This document shows positions 7,753 to 16,305 of a stretch of 64,000 nt of DNA, piece after piece. The position numbers were made by a program, and so were the translations under genes. Under the pieces are notes generated by a model. That model did no database searches. It worked only from the letters and a program-made list of their open reading frames with translations, and had not been told where the DNA came from. Source of the DNA: Methylocystis sp. (lineage in GTDB: Bacteria > Pseudomonadota > Alphaproteobacteria > Rhizobiales > Beijerinckiaceae); assembly GCA_024506175.1 (NCBI GenBank), contig JAMBEQ010000021.1, forward strand, positions 8,538-72,537, written 5' to 3'. Each line of letters opens with the position of its first letter. Position 1 is the first letter of the stretch.

Positions 7753-8574
7753 CTATTGGGATTGGGACTGCGGCGGCGTCGGGGCGATGCGGATCTTGAC
7801 CTCCATCGTCCCCCCGGCGCCGCCGACGTGTGCGCTTCGAATAGGGGCGGCGCTCAAATGATCCAGCGCAACGGCGAGCCGCACATGCCGTTCACCGGGC
7901 GAGACGCCATGGGCCGGATCGAACCCGACCCAGCCCAGACCTTCCACATAAGCCTCGGCCCAAGAGTGTCTGGCGCTGTCCTCCATGCCGCGACACAGGT
8001 GGTAGCCGCTCACATAGCGGGCCGGCGCGCCGACCGCGCGCGCGGCGGCGATAAATAGATGCGCAAAATCCCTCGGACCGCCTTTGCCGCGCTCTAAGGC
8101 CTCGGTCGCCGTCATGGCTGCGTCGCTTGTCTCCGCATCGCACATGAGTTCACCGTGGATCGCTGAGAGCAGCGAATGGAGAGCGCCGAGCGTCTTCTTG
8201 TCGCCTGCCGTTGCCGAGCGAGCAAAATCGACGATGGCGGGGCTGGGCGCGGTAAGCGGGGTCTGCCGCAAATAGAGCGCCGGTGGAAAACGCTCCAATG
8301 CGCCAGAGGCGACGCCCGCCGTGTCGAAGGTCGTAACCTCCCCCTCGATCATGATTGTGATCGACTCGAAAGGCCCGTCTGCCGTGAATCGATGAACGAT
8401 ATTGCCAAAGGCGTCTTCCGACGAAAGCAGGCGGCAGTCGCGGTCGATGTCGATGCGCCAATTTTTCACATGATGGCCGTCGTAATTTCGGGGGGTTAAA
8501 CGCAGATGCTGGACCGCCGATTTCACCGGCTCGTGATAGCGATACTGCATTTGTTGGCGGATCCGAATGCGCAT
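7753..8574 (-). CDS. Transglutaminase-like protein (BTLCP N-terminus), catalytic Cys absent
   Basis: YRY..PV...Q.LRLTP N-terminus, ARYVSGY, HSWAE, WVGFDP; expected GVCQD reads GGPRD. Confidence 0.9.
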   Translation of the reverse strand: MRIRIRQQMQYRYHEPVKSAVQHLRLTPRNYDGHHVKNWRIDIDRDCRLLSSEDAFGNIVHRFTADGPFESITIMIEGEVTTFDTAGVASGALERFPPALYLRQTPLTAPSPAIVDFARSATAGDKKTLGALHSLLSAIHGELMCDAETSDAAMTATEALERGKGGPRDFAHLFIAAARAVGAPARYVSGYHLCRGMEDSARHSWAEAYVEGLGWVGFDPAHGVSPGERHVRLAVALDHLSAAPIRSAHVGGAGGTMEVKIRIAPTPPQSQSQ

Positions 8575-8664
8575 AGGAGTCTCGTTAAAGGAAGACCGCC
8601 TGCGCGTCGTGCGGAAGCGCAGGGCATTTCAGGGTCAGAGGCCGCCAGATGAAAACCGGGAAAG

Positions 8665-9612
8665 CTAGAACAGATATTGTTCGGAGATCAGCGCGCCGAG
8701 ACGGTTGTTCTCGCTGATGAAGCTCTGGATGAATTCATGCAGCCCACCCTGGAAGACCTGCTCCATCGTCAGCGTCTCGAGCTTGCCATACATGTTGCGC
8801 GCCTGTCGCTGCGCGGCTCCCTGGCGGCCGTGGGCGCGCGCGAGATTGTCGAGATTGCGCAGGATGCATTCGTAGCAGGAGAGCAGCGAGCGAGGCATTT
8901 CGGGGCGCAGTATCAGGAGATCTGCGACAAGCCACGGCTTCATGCTCGTGCGATAGACCCAGTGGTAAGCAGTATGCGCTGAAACAGCCCGAAGAATCGC
9001 CGCCCATTGGAAATAATCGAGCGAACCCCCGATAACCTCCTTCTCTGGAAGCAGCACGTGATATTTTACGTCGAGCAGGCGCGCGGTGTTGTCTGCGCGC
9101 TCGATGAAAAGCCCGACGCGCGAGAACCAGTAGGCGTCGTTGCGCAGCATCGTGCGATAGGCGCCGCCGTCATAGATCAGCGATGTCTGCTTGACGAATT
9201 CCAGGAAGCGCCCGAGTTCGTCGGACGAATAGGCGCCGCGGCGAGCCTCCATCGCTTTCAATTCCAGATAGGCGCCGTTGATCGCCTCCCACATTTCGAC
9301 GGTCAGCGCGGTTCGAACCGCGCGGGCGTTGGTGCGGGCGAATTCGATGCAATTGCGGATCGAGCCGGGATTGTCGCGTGAGAAGGTCAGGAACTCGATG
9401 ACATTGGCTTCTGTGACCGGCTTTCCCGCCTTCTCGAAGGCCTGGGCGGCGCCTGAAGAGAGCAGCACGCTTTCCCATTCGGTCTCGGCCCCGCCGTAGG
9501 TCTTCGGCAAAGCGGCGAGGCGGCGCGAGGCCTCCAGAGCGCGGGCGAGGAAATCGGCGCGCTCCATGTAACGCGCCAGCCAATAAAGATTGTCTGCTGT
9601 GCTCGAGAGCAT
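8665..9612 (-). CDS. Alpha-E domain protein (DUF403)
   Basis: MLSSTADNLYWLARYMERAD start, IERADNTARLLDVKY, PRSL motifs. Confidence 0.92.
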   Translation of the reverse strand: MLSSTADNLYWLARYMERADFLARALEASRRLAALPKTYGGAETEWESVLLSSGAAQAFEKAGKPVTEANVIEFLTFSRDNPGSIRNCIEFARTNARAVRTALTVEMWEAINGAYLELKAMEARRGAYSSDELGRFLEFVKQTSLIYDGGAYRTMLRNDAYWFSRVGLFIERADNTARLLDVKYHVLLPEKEVIGGSLDYFQWAAILRAVSAHTAYHWVYRTSMKPWLVADLLILRPEMPRSLLSCYECILRNLDNLARAHGRQGAAQRQARNMYGKLETLTMEQVFQGGLHEFIQSFISENNRLGALISEQYLF

Positions 9613-9755
9613 TGGGCGTTCCGTTTGCGCGCGCTCGCGGCTGATGTCCTGCCGGATCGTTTCCAAAGGGGCGGGAAGAAGGGGGGTGGTCTCGCCGATT
9701 GCGTGACCGCGCCGCTCGAATTCTTCGAAGGAAGAGAAGGTGTCGAGCATCACGC

Positions 9756-11183
9756 TTACCCCATTATCGCGTCGTCGATCACCCAGGTGTCTTTCGTGCC
9801 GCCGCCCTGGCTGGAATTCACGACGAGGGATTTTTCCGTCATCGCAACGCGCGTCAGGCCGCCAGGCACGACGCGGACGCCTTTTGCGCCCTGCAAAACG
9901 AAAGGCCGCAGATCGACATGGCGGGGCGCGACGCCCTGCGCCACGGCGACAGGGCACGTCGAAAGCGCGAGCGTTGGCTGCGCGATGAAATTTTCGGGCT
10001 GTGCCTTCAGCTTCGCGCGGAACTCCTCGACTTGTGCGCTGGAGGCGTGCGGACCGACGAGCATCCCATAGCCGCCCGAGCCGTTGACCTCCTTCACCAC
10101 CAGCTCTTCGAGATGCTCCAGCACATAGGAGAGCGCCTCAGGCTCGCGGCAGCGCCACGTCGGGACGTTCTGCAGCAGCGGCTCCTCGCCGAGATAGAAG
10201 CGGATGATGTCCGGCATGTAAGTGTACATTGCCTTGTCGTCGGCGACGCCTGCGCCAACTGCATTTGCGAGCGTCACATTGCTCGCGTGATAGGCGCCGA
10301 TCAGACCGGGGACGCCAAGCACGGAATCCGGGCGGAAGGCCAGCGGGTCGAGGAAGTCGTCGTCGATGCGGCGGTAGATGACGTCGACGCGACGCGGTCC
10401 ATCCGTTGTGCGCATGTAGACCACGTCGTCTTTCACGAAGAGATCCCGTCCCTCGACAAGCTCCACGCCCAACTTGTCGGCCAAAAAAGAATGCTCGTAA
10501 TAGGCCGAGTTGTATTGCCCCGGCGTCATCAGCGCGATGGTCGGTTCACCCGTGGCGCGCGGCGGCGCCACCGAGCGCAGCGTCGCGAGCAATTCGTCTG
10601 GATAATCCTCGATGGGCGCGACGCGATGCATGGCGAAGAGATCGGGGAACAGCCGCATCATCACTTCGCGATTTTCCAGCATGTAGGAAACGCCGGACGG
10701 CGTGCGGGCGTTGTCTTCCAAAACATAGAAGCCGTGGTCATCCGTGCGCACAATATCGACGCCGGCGATATGCACATAGACGTCGTGCGGAACGCGGCGG
10801 TCCGCCATCTCCAGGCAATAACCTGGATTGCGGTAGACGAGGTCGCTCGGGATCTTGCCGGCCGCGAGGATTTCGCGTTTGCCGTAGATGTCCTTGAGGA
10901 AGAGATTGAGCGCCGTAACGCGCTGCACGAGACCTTTTTCGAGCGCCGTCCATTCGCTGCGCGCGATGATGCGCGGGAGAATGTCGAAGGGGATGAGGCG
11001 CTCCGTCGCCTCCTGCGCGCCATAGACGGCGAAGGTGATGCCGATCCGCCGGAAGAGCAGCTCCGCCTGCTCGCGGCGGGAGGCGAGCAGTTCCGCAGGC
11101 GCGCCAGCGAGCCACTGCGAGAGCTTCCGATAGGGGGCTCGTATCGCGCCGTCGAGGCCGCCCATCTCATCGAATTGAGTCAC
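9756..11183 (-). CDS. Circularly permuted type 2 ATP-grasp protein (DUF404/407)
   Basis: GITFAVYG, ERLIPFD, VLEDNARTPSGVSY, NSAYYEH, GSGGYG, VNSSQGGGTKDTW; GTG start assumed. Confidence 0.95.
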   Translation of the reverse strand: MTQFDEMGGLDGAIRAPYRKLSQWLAGAPAELLASRREQAELLFRRIGITFAVYGAQEATERLIPFDILPRIIARSEWTALEKGLVQRVTALNLFLKDIYGKREILAAGKIPSDLVYRNPGYCLEMADRRVPHDVYVHIAGVDIVRTDDHGFYVLEDNARTPSGVSYMLENREVMMRLFPDLFAMHRVAPIEDYPDELLATLRSVAPPRATGEPTIALMTPGQYNSAYYEHSFLADKLGVELVEGRDLFVKDDVVYMRTTDGPRRVDVIYRRIDDDFLDPLAFRPDSVLGVPGLIGAYHASNVTLANAVGAGVADDKAMYTYMPDIIRFYLGEEPLLQNVPTWRCREPEALSYVLEHLEELVVKEVNGSGGYGMLVGPHASSAQVEEFRAKLKAQPENFIAQPTLALSTCPVAVAQGVAPRHVDLRPFVLQGAKGVRVVPGGLTRVAMTEKSLVVNSSQGGGTKDTWVIDDAIMG

Positions 11184-11269
11184 GCGCTGGTCCACCTGTC
11201 GACGCTCCTCTAATTGCCGCGCGCCGGGCTCCTCCGAGCGTTTAGGCTGCTCTCCGCAGGGCGGTAAGT

Positions 11270-11285
11270 AACAAGAAGCATGCCA
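11270..11285 (-). promoter_or_regulatory. Near-consensus sigma54 (-24/-12) promoter for the ATP-grasp operon
   Basis: TGGCATGCTTCTTGTT versus TGGCAC-N5-TTGCW; the -12 GC reads GT. Confidence 0.35.
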
Positions 11286-11453
11286 GGCTGGTTGTCTTGC
11301 CCCTGTCATAGAAGCCTCACAATGGCCAACTATCCGAGGCGTTGAGAAATTGCTTCGGCTCAGCTTGCGCTCATTAATGCTTCGTGAACGCGCTCTCAGA
11401 AAGTTTCGGGGGTCGTCCGCTATGCGCTCGGTTCTGTCCCGGCCGGGGGCGCC

Positions 11454-11478
11454 CCATGCAGCTGTCTCAGCTGCATGG
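11454..11478. promoter_or_regulatory. Perfect 11-bp inverted repeat between divergent operons
   Basis: CCATGCAGCTG-tct-CAGCTGCATGG. Confidence 0.4.
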
Positions 11479-11598
11479 ACGAAGCTTCGGCAAAGACAAC
11501 GGCGCGACTTTCGACTATCAAGTTTGTGGTCAATACTTGCGTGGGGCGGGGTCAATGTCTTTGATTGAGGCCGCCCGGGCGATCTGAACGAGGGGCGT

Positions 11599-13755
11599 AT
11601 GCGGGGCTATGTCGGGTTGGGAGAAGGTAGCCCGCGCAGGGCGGCGCCCCCTGGCGTTGCGTGCCGTCGCCTTTGCCTGTTCCTGACTGTTTTCGCCCCC
11701 TCCGCCGCAAGCGCGGGCGACGCGCCGCCGCCTGTCTTCAACTGGGCGGGGCTTTACCTCGGCGCGAGTTTTGGAGGGGTTTTTCCCTTGCATGGCGGGG
11801 AACGCCTCCAGGCTGGAAGCGGCTTCGGCTCGCCGGTCTTCGACCTCTATCCGGCAAGCAATACTCGGACAGGGGTGACTGTCGGCGCGCAAGCTGGCTA
11901 CAATTGGCAACGCGGGCCCTGGGTCTGGGGCTTCGAGACCGAATTGAGCCTGCTCGATGGTCGCCGTACGCCGAGCGGGGTCTTCCCGACCTCGCCCGCC
12001 TATCCCGGCGTACCTTTCTTCACCATGTCGGCAAACGCCAACGCCGCTTATTTCGCCAGCATTCGCGCGCGATTCGGCTTCGCCTACGACCGCGCGTTGA
12101 TTTATCTGACAGCCGGCGTCGCAGCGGGCGGCGCGCGTGGGCCGGCGAAGATTTCCTTCGGACCCGGCATCGACTTCACGGCGGACTGGTCGCAGTCGTC
12201 GCGCGCAAAATATGCCGTTGGCGGCGGTTTCGAATACGCCTTCGCCGCGGACTGGTCGGCGCGCGCAGAATATCTCTTTCTCAGCCAGTCGCTGAACACG
12301 CAAGTTTTCGACGATGGCAACCAAAACCAATATTTCTCACGCATTCGCAATGAGAACCACATCTTGCGCTTCGGCCTGAATTACCACTTCGGAGAGAGCA
12401 ATCTCATTCCCGGCCCTGTGGAGTATGGCGGCCACAGAAACGCCGGCAACGGGGGCGGAGACAAGGAAGAGGTCAAAGCGGAGCGCTACAGCGTCCACGG
12501 CCAATCGACCACCGTCGTTCAGGCTCTTCCGAAATTCTACGCCAAATACGACGGCCCCAAGAGCTTTCCATCCAAAGGTGTAGGCGATGTTCTGACGCAG
12601 AATGATCTTTTCATGGGTTTGCGCCTTTGGGAGGGCGGCTCCGTTTTTCTCAACCCGGAGATAAACGAGGGCTATGGACCGGGAAATTCGACAGGCTCCG
12701 CGGCCTATCCCGACGGGCTCGCGCAAAAGATCGGCCGCGCTGCGCCCTATATGCGATTCCAGCGCTATTTTTTGCGGCAGATCATCGGCCTGGGCTCGAA
12801 CGGCGACCAAACACACGATCCCGATGAAGGCTCCCGGAGCGAGGTGCTGGAATCGATCCAGAACCAGATTGCCGGCAAGGTCGACAAGGATCGCATCATC
12901 GTCACGTTGGGGAAGTTTTCCGTCGGAGACGTCTTCGACGACAATGTTTATGCGCATGATCCCACGACCGGCTTCATGAGCTTCGCCTTCAATTACATGG
13001 GCGCCTTCGATTACGTTTCGGACGCCTGGGGCTTCACCAACGGCCTATCCGTCGAATGGAAGCAAAACTGGTGGACGCTGCGCGCGGGGACGTTCCAACA
13101 GTCGAAGGTCCCCAACGGCAACGACATCGAGCCTGTATTGTTGAAGCAATATATGGGCGTGCTCGAATTCGAGGCGCGTTACGAGCTTCTCGGACAACCG
13201 GGAGCGATCAAATTTCTCGCCTATGGCGACAATGGCCGATTTGCCAAATTCCGCGACGTGTTCAACCTCGCTTTGGCGACCGGCAATCTTCCGCCCGACG
13301 TTACGGCGCTTCAGCAACGTCATTTCAAACCGGGCGGTGGAATCAATATCAAGCAGCAGATCATGCCGAACATCGGTTTCTTCATGCGCGCGAGCATGGC
13401 CGATGGACGGTATCAGACGGTCGATTACATCGACAACGATCGCCAGATCTCGGCCGGCTTTGTCTTCGACGGCGCGCTGTGGGACCGTCAGGATGACGAG
13501 GTCGGCATTGCGGGGGCCATGGCGGGACTTCACGGAGACCACGTCCGCTATTTCGAGCTCGGCGGCATCGGCACCTATATCGGCGATGGCGCGATGACGT
13601 ATGGCGGCGAAAAGAATATGGAGGCGTATTATAAGGTCGGTCTCAGCAAGAATTTTGACGTGACCTTTGATTACCAGTTCTTCGTCAATCCAGCGCACAA
13701 CATGGCGCGCGGCCCCGTCAACGTTTTCGGCCTGCGCGCGCGCGCGGCGTTCTGA
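11599..13755 (+). CDS. Outer-membrane beta-barrel + OprB carbohydrate-porin fusion (MnoP-like architecture)
   Basis: FNWAGLYLG...GYNWQ...GLNYHF Omp25-like domain followed by OprB-like domain; C-terminal Phe. Confidence 0.85.
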   Translation: MRGYVGLGEGSPRRAAPPGVACRRLCLFLTVFAPSAASAGDAPPPVFNWAGLYLGASFGGVFPLHGGERLQAGSGFGSPVFDLYPASNTRTGVTVGAQAGYNWQRGPWVWGFETELSLLDGRRTPSGVFPTSPAYPGVPFFTMSANANAAYFASIRARFGFAYDRALIYLTAGVAAGGARGPAKISFGPGIDFTADWSQSSRAKYAVGGGFEYAFAADWSARAEYLFLSQSLNTQVFDDGNQNQYFSRIRNENHILRFGLNYHFGESNLIPGPVEYGGHRNAGNGGGDKEEVKAERYSVHGQSTTVVQALPKFYAKYDGPKSFPSKGVGDVLTQNDLFMGLRLWEGGSVFLNPEINEGYGPGNSTGSAAYPDGLAQKIGRAAPYMRFQRYFLRQIIGLGSNGDQTHDPDEGSRSEVLESIQNQIAGKVDKDRIIVTLGKFSVGDVFDDNVYAHDPTTGFMSFAFNYMGAFDYVSDAWGFTNGLSVEWKQNWWTLRAGTFQQSKVPNGNDIEPVLLKQYMGVLEFEARYELLGQPGAIKFLAYGDNGRFAKFRDVFNLALATGNLPPDVTALQQRHFKPGGGINIKQQIMPNIGFFMRASMADGRYQTVDYIDNDRQISAGFVFDGALWDRQDDEVGIAGAMAGLHGDHVRYFELGGIGTYIGDGAMTYGGEKNMEAYYKVGLSKNFDVTFDYQFFVNPAHNMARGPVNVFGLRARAAF

Positions 13756-13762
13756 GGCGTTC

Positions 13763-14047
13763 TTACGCGAAATAGTCGCGCAGGCGTTCGTCGAACTCCG
13801 GGAAATAGCGCGAAATCACGCTGACGTCGAAACGTTCGAGGATCGCTTCTTTCGGCTCCCGATCCAGCAGGAAGCGGAAAGCGGCTTCGAGCAACTCCTC
13901 AGCAGCCGCGCCACGGCCGAGCCGTTCGAAATCGGTCTGCGACAGCGTCACGCGATGGCGCCTTTCGCCTTCTGCGTCTTTGACGCAGACATTGAATGCA
14001 AAAGGCTCCCCATCGCCGACGCGCATGACCCGGATCGCAGCGCTCAC
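13763..14047 (-). CDS. Conserved small hypothetical protein coupled to gpx
   Basis: GTG overlaps the gpx TGA; FRFLLDREPKEAIL.RFDVSVISRYFPEF motif. Confidence 0.75.
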   Translation of the reverse strand: MSAAIRVMRVGDGEPFAFNVCVKDAEGERRHRVTLSQTDFERLGRGAAAEELLEAAFRFLLDREPKEAILERFDVSVISRYFPEFDERLRDYFA

Positions 14048-14520
14048 AGCAAAGCCTCTATGTCTTTTTCGATGGATTGCGGCGCATCGGTCGGCGCATA
14101 GCGCTTCAGGACCTTGCCGCCCCTGTCGACAAGGAACTTCGTGAAGTTCCACTTGATCGCCTCTGAGCCGAGAATCCCCGGAGCTTCATGCTTCAAGCGC
14201 TTGTAGAGCGGATGGGCGTTCTCGCCATTGACGTCGATCTTGGCGAACATCGGAAAGCTCACGCCATAGGTTGCAGTGCAAAAGGACGCGATCTCGCTCT
14301 CCGAGCCCGGCTCCTGCGCGCCGAACTGATTGCAGGGGAAGGCGAGGACGACGAGGCCCTTGTCGGCATATTTTTCATAAAGCGCTTCGAGCCCCGTATA
14401 TTGCGGGGTGAAGCCGCACTTGCTCGCGACATTGACGATGAGAAGAACTTTGCCTTCGTAATCGCGCAGGGATTTTTTCCCGCCGTCGATCGTCCTGGCG
14501 TCGATGTCGTAAAGCGTCAT
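14044..14520 (-). CDS. gpx: Glutathione peroxidase family protein
   Basis: VNVASKCGFTPQY, FPCNQFG.QEPG, KWNFTKFL. Confidence 0.97.
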   Translation of the reverse strand: MTLYDIDARTIDGGKKSLRDYEGKVLLIVNVASKCGFTPQYTGLEALYEKYADKGLVVLAFPCNQFGAQEPGSESEIASFCTATYGVSFPMFAKIDVNGENAHPLYKRLKHEAPGILGSEAIKWNFTKFLVDRGGKVLKRYAPTDAPQSIEKDIEALL

Positions 14521-14562
14521 GCGGGCCTCCTGTATTAAAGGAGGCTCGCATAAAATCGCCGC

Positions 14563-16059
14563 TCACGCCACCAGGCTGTCGGCGACGTTGGTCTCCTGCT
14601 CTTCGAAGCCACATTCCTTCATCTTGCGATAGAGCGTCGAACGGCCAATCCCGAGGCGTCGCGCGATCTCCGACATTTGCCCGCGATAATGTGTGAGCGC
14701 GAAACGGATCGTCTCCCTTTCCAGCTCGTCGAGCTTGCGCATCTCGCCATTGGGCGCCAAGAGCTGCAGAACGTTGGGATCGCGGATCTCGACGCGCACG
14801 ATCTCACGCTCGCGCGGCGCGTCCACCGCCGGCGCGAAGGCGGGAACAGGGGGCACGCGCACATCGAAGCCCTCGACATGGGACGCGATCTGCGGGAATT
14901 CGGCGAGCGTCAGCTCATCGCCTTCCGCGAGCACGACGGCGCGAAACACGGCGTTCTCCAGCTGGCGAACATTCCCGGGCCAGTCGTAGCGCGCGAGCAA
15001 AGACAAGGCCTCGGCTGTTATGCCGCGGATATTGCGCCCCTCTTCGGCGGCGAAACGCGCCGCGAAGCGACGCGCGAGATCGGGAATGTCTTCGCGCCGC
15101 GCGCGCAACGGCGGCATGCCGATGGGGAAGACGTTCAGGCGATAGAACAAGTCCTCGCGGAATTCGCCGCGCTTGACCTGCTCGATGAGATTCCGATTGG
15201 TCGCTGAGATCAGGCGTATGTCGACACGCACAGGGCGCCTAGCGCCGATGGGGTCGATTTCCCCTTCCTGCAGGGCGCGCAAAAGCTTCACCTGAATATC
15301 GAGCGGCAATTCGCCGATTTCATCGAGAAACAGCGTCCCGCCATTGGCTTCGAGAAATTTTCCCGCGTGCTTTTCGGTGGCGCCGGTGAAGGCGCCTTTC
15401 TCATGGCCGAAGAGAATCGATTCGACGAGATTGGCCGGCAGCGCGCCGCAGTTCACGGCGATGAACGGCTTGCCTTTGCGATCCGAGGCGCCCTGGATGG
15501 CGCGCGCGACCAGCTCCTTGCCGACGCCCGATTCCCCTTCGATCAGCACGGGAATATGCGAATGCGCCGCGCGTTCGCCGAGCCGAATGACGCGCGCCAT
15601 GTCGGCGCTGCGCGAAACGAGGTCCTTGAAGGTGAGGCTTCCCCGCGCGCGGCGGTTGATCCTGCGGATTTCGCCTGCGAGCGCGTCCGCGGAAAGCGCG
15701 TTCTTGATCGAGATTTGAAGCCGCTCCGCGCCGACTGGCTTCACCACGAAATCATGCGCGCCGGCGCGCATGGCGGAGATCACCGCTTCGATCGAGCCAT
15801 GCGCCGTCTGAACGATTACGGGCGTCGCGATCTTGGCGTCGCGCATGCGCGTCAGCACGCCCATGCCGTCGAGATCGGGCATCACGAGATCGAGGATCAG
15901 CAGCGCGACAGGGGCCGCGTCCGAACGCGTCAGCCGCGCCAGAGCCTCCTCGCCCCCTTCGACTGTTTCGGCCTCGTAGCCAAAGCGCTTGACCATCGCC
16001 TCGAGAAGGCGGCGTTGCACGGGATCGTCATCGGCAATCAGGATCGTGGGGGTCATCAT
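14563..16059 (-). CDS. Sigma54-dependent response regulator (REC-AAA+-Fis HTH), TacA-like
   Basis: ILIADDD receiver, GESGVGKE, ESILFGHEKGAFTGA, WPGNVRQLEN, LGIGRSTLYRK. Confidence 0.92.
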   Translation of the reverse strand: MMTPTILIADDDPVQRRLLEAMVKRFGYEAETVEGGEEALARLTRSDAAPVALLILDLVMPDLDGMGVLTRMRDAKIATPVIVQTAHGSIEAVISAMRAGAHDFVVKPVGAERLQISIKNALSADALAGEIRRINRRARGSLTFKDLVSRSADMARVIRLGERAAHSHIPVLIEGESGVGKELVARAIQGASDRKGKPFIAVNCGALPANLVESILFGHEKGAFTGATEKHAGKFLEANGGTLFLDEIGELPLDIQVKLLRALQEGEIDPIGARRPVRVDIRLISATNRNLIEQVKRGEFREDLFYRLNVFPIGMPPLRARREDIPDLARRFAARFAAEEGRNIRGITAEALSLLARYDWPGNVRQLENAVFRAVVLAEGDELTLAEFPQIASHVEGFDVRVPPVPAFAPAVDAPREREIVRVEIRDPNVLQLLAPNGEMRKLDELERETIRFALTHYRGQMSEIARRLGIGRSTLYRKMKECGFEEQETNVADSLVA

Positions 16060-16132
16060 TATTCCTGGCGTCCGGCTCGGCCCTCGCGTCACCGTGACGA
16101 TTTGCTTATGAGCGCATCGTTACTAAACAGGG

Positions 16133-16147
16133 TAAAGTTCGGGTTAA
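16133..16147. promoter_or_regulatory. CtrA-box-like site upstream of the TacA-like gene
   Basis: TTAA-N7-TTTA on the minus strand (one mismatch to TTAA-N7-TTAA). Confidence 0.4.
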
Positions 16148-16305
16148 TCGGAGCCGTTGCCCGCTTCATTGTGGGACGCAACCCCCCGCGGCCCAGGATA
16201 GCTTAGTCGATGGCGTGACGCCTCGGGTTGATCGCGCTCGGGCTTTGCTCATATGAAGATGCATTCGCCGCGAAGGCGTCCGCAACTCCTCCGATGGTTA
16301 TCGCC

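Noticed and set aside
9699-11213. Long antisense/alternate-frame ORFs (e.g. 9699-11213, 13045-13698, 32160-33506, 33482-34690, 38202-39845, 39861-41273, 48892-49821)
   Set aside because: They shadow well-supported genes on the other strand and have R/A/G-rich, motif-free translations typical of high-GC DNA
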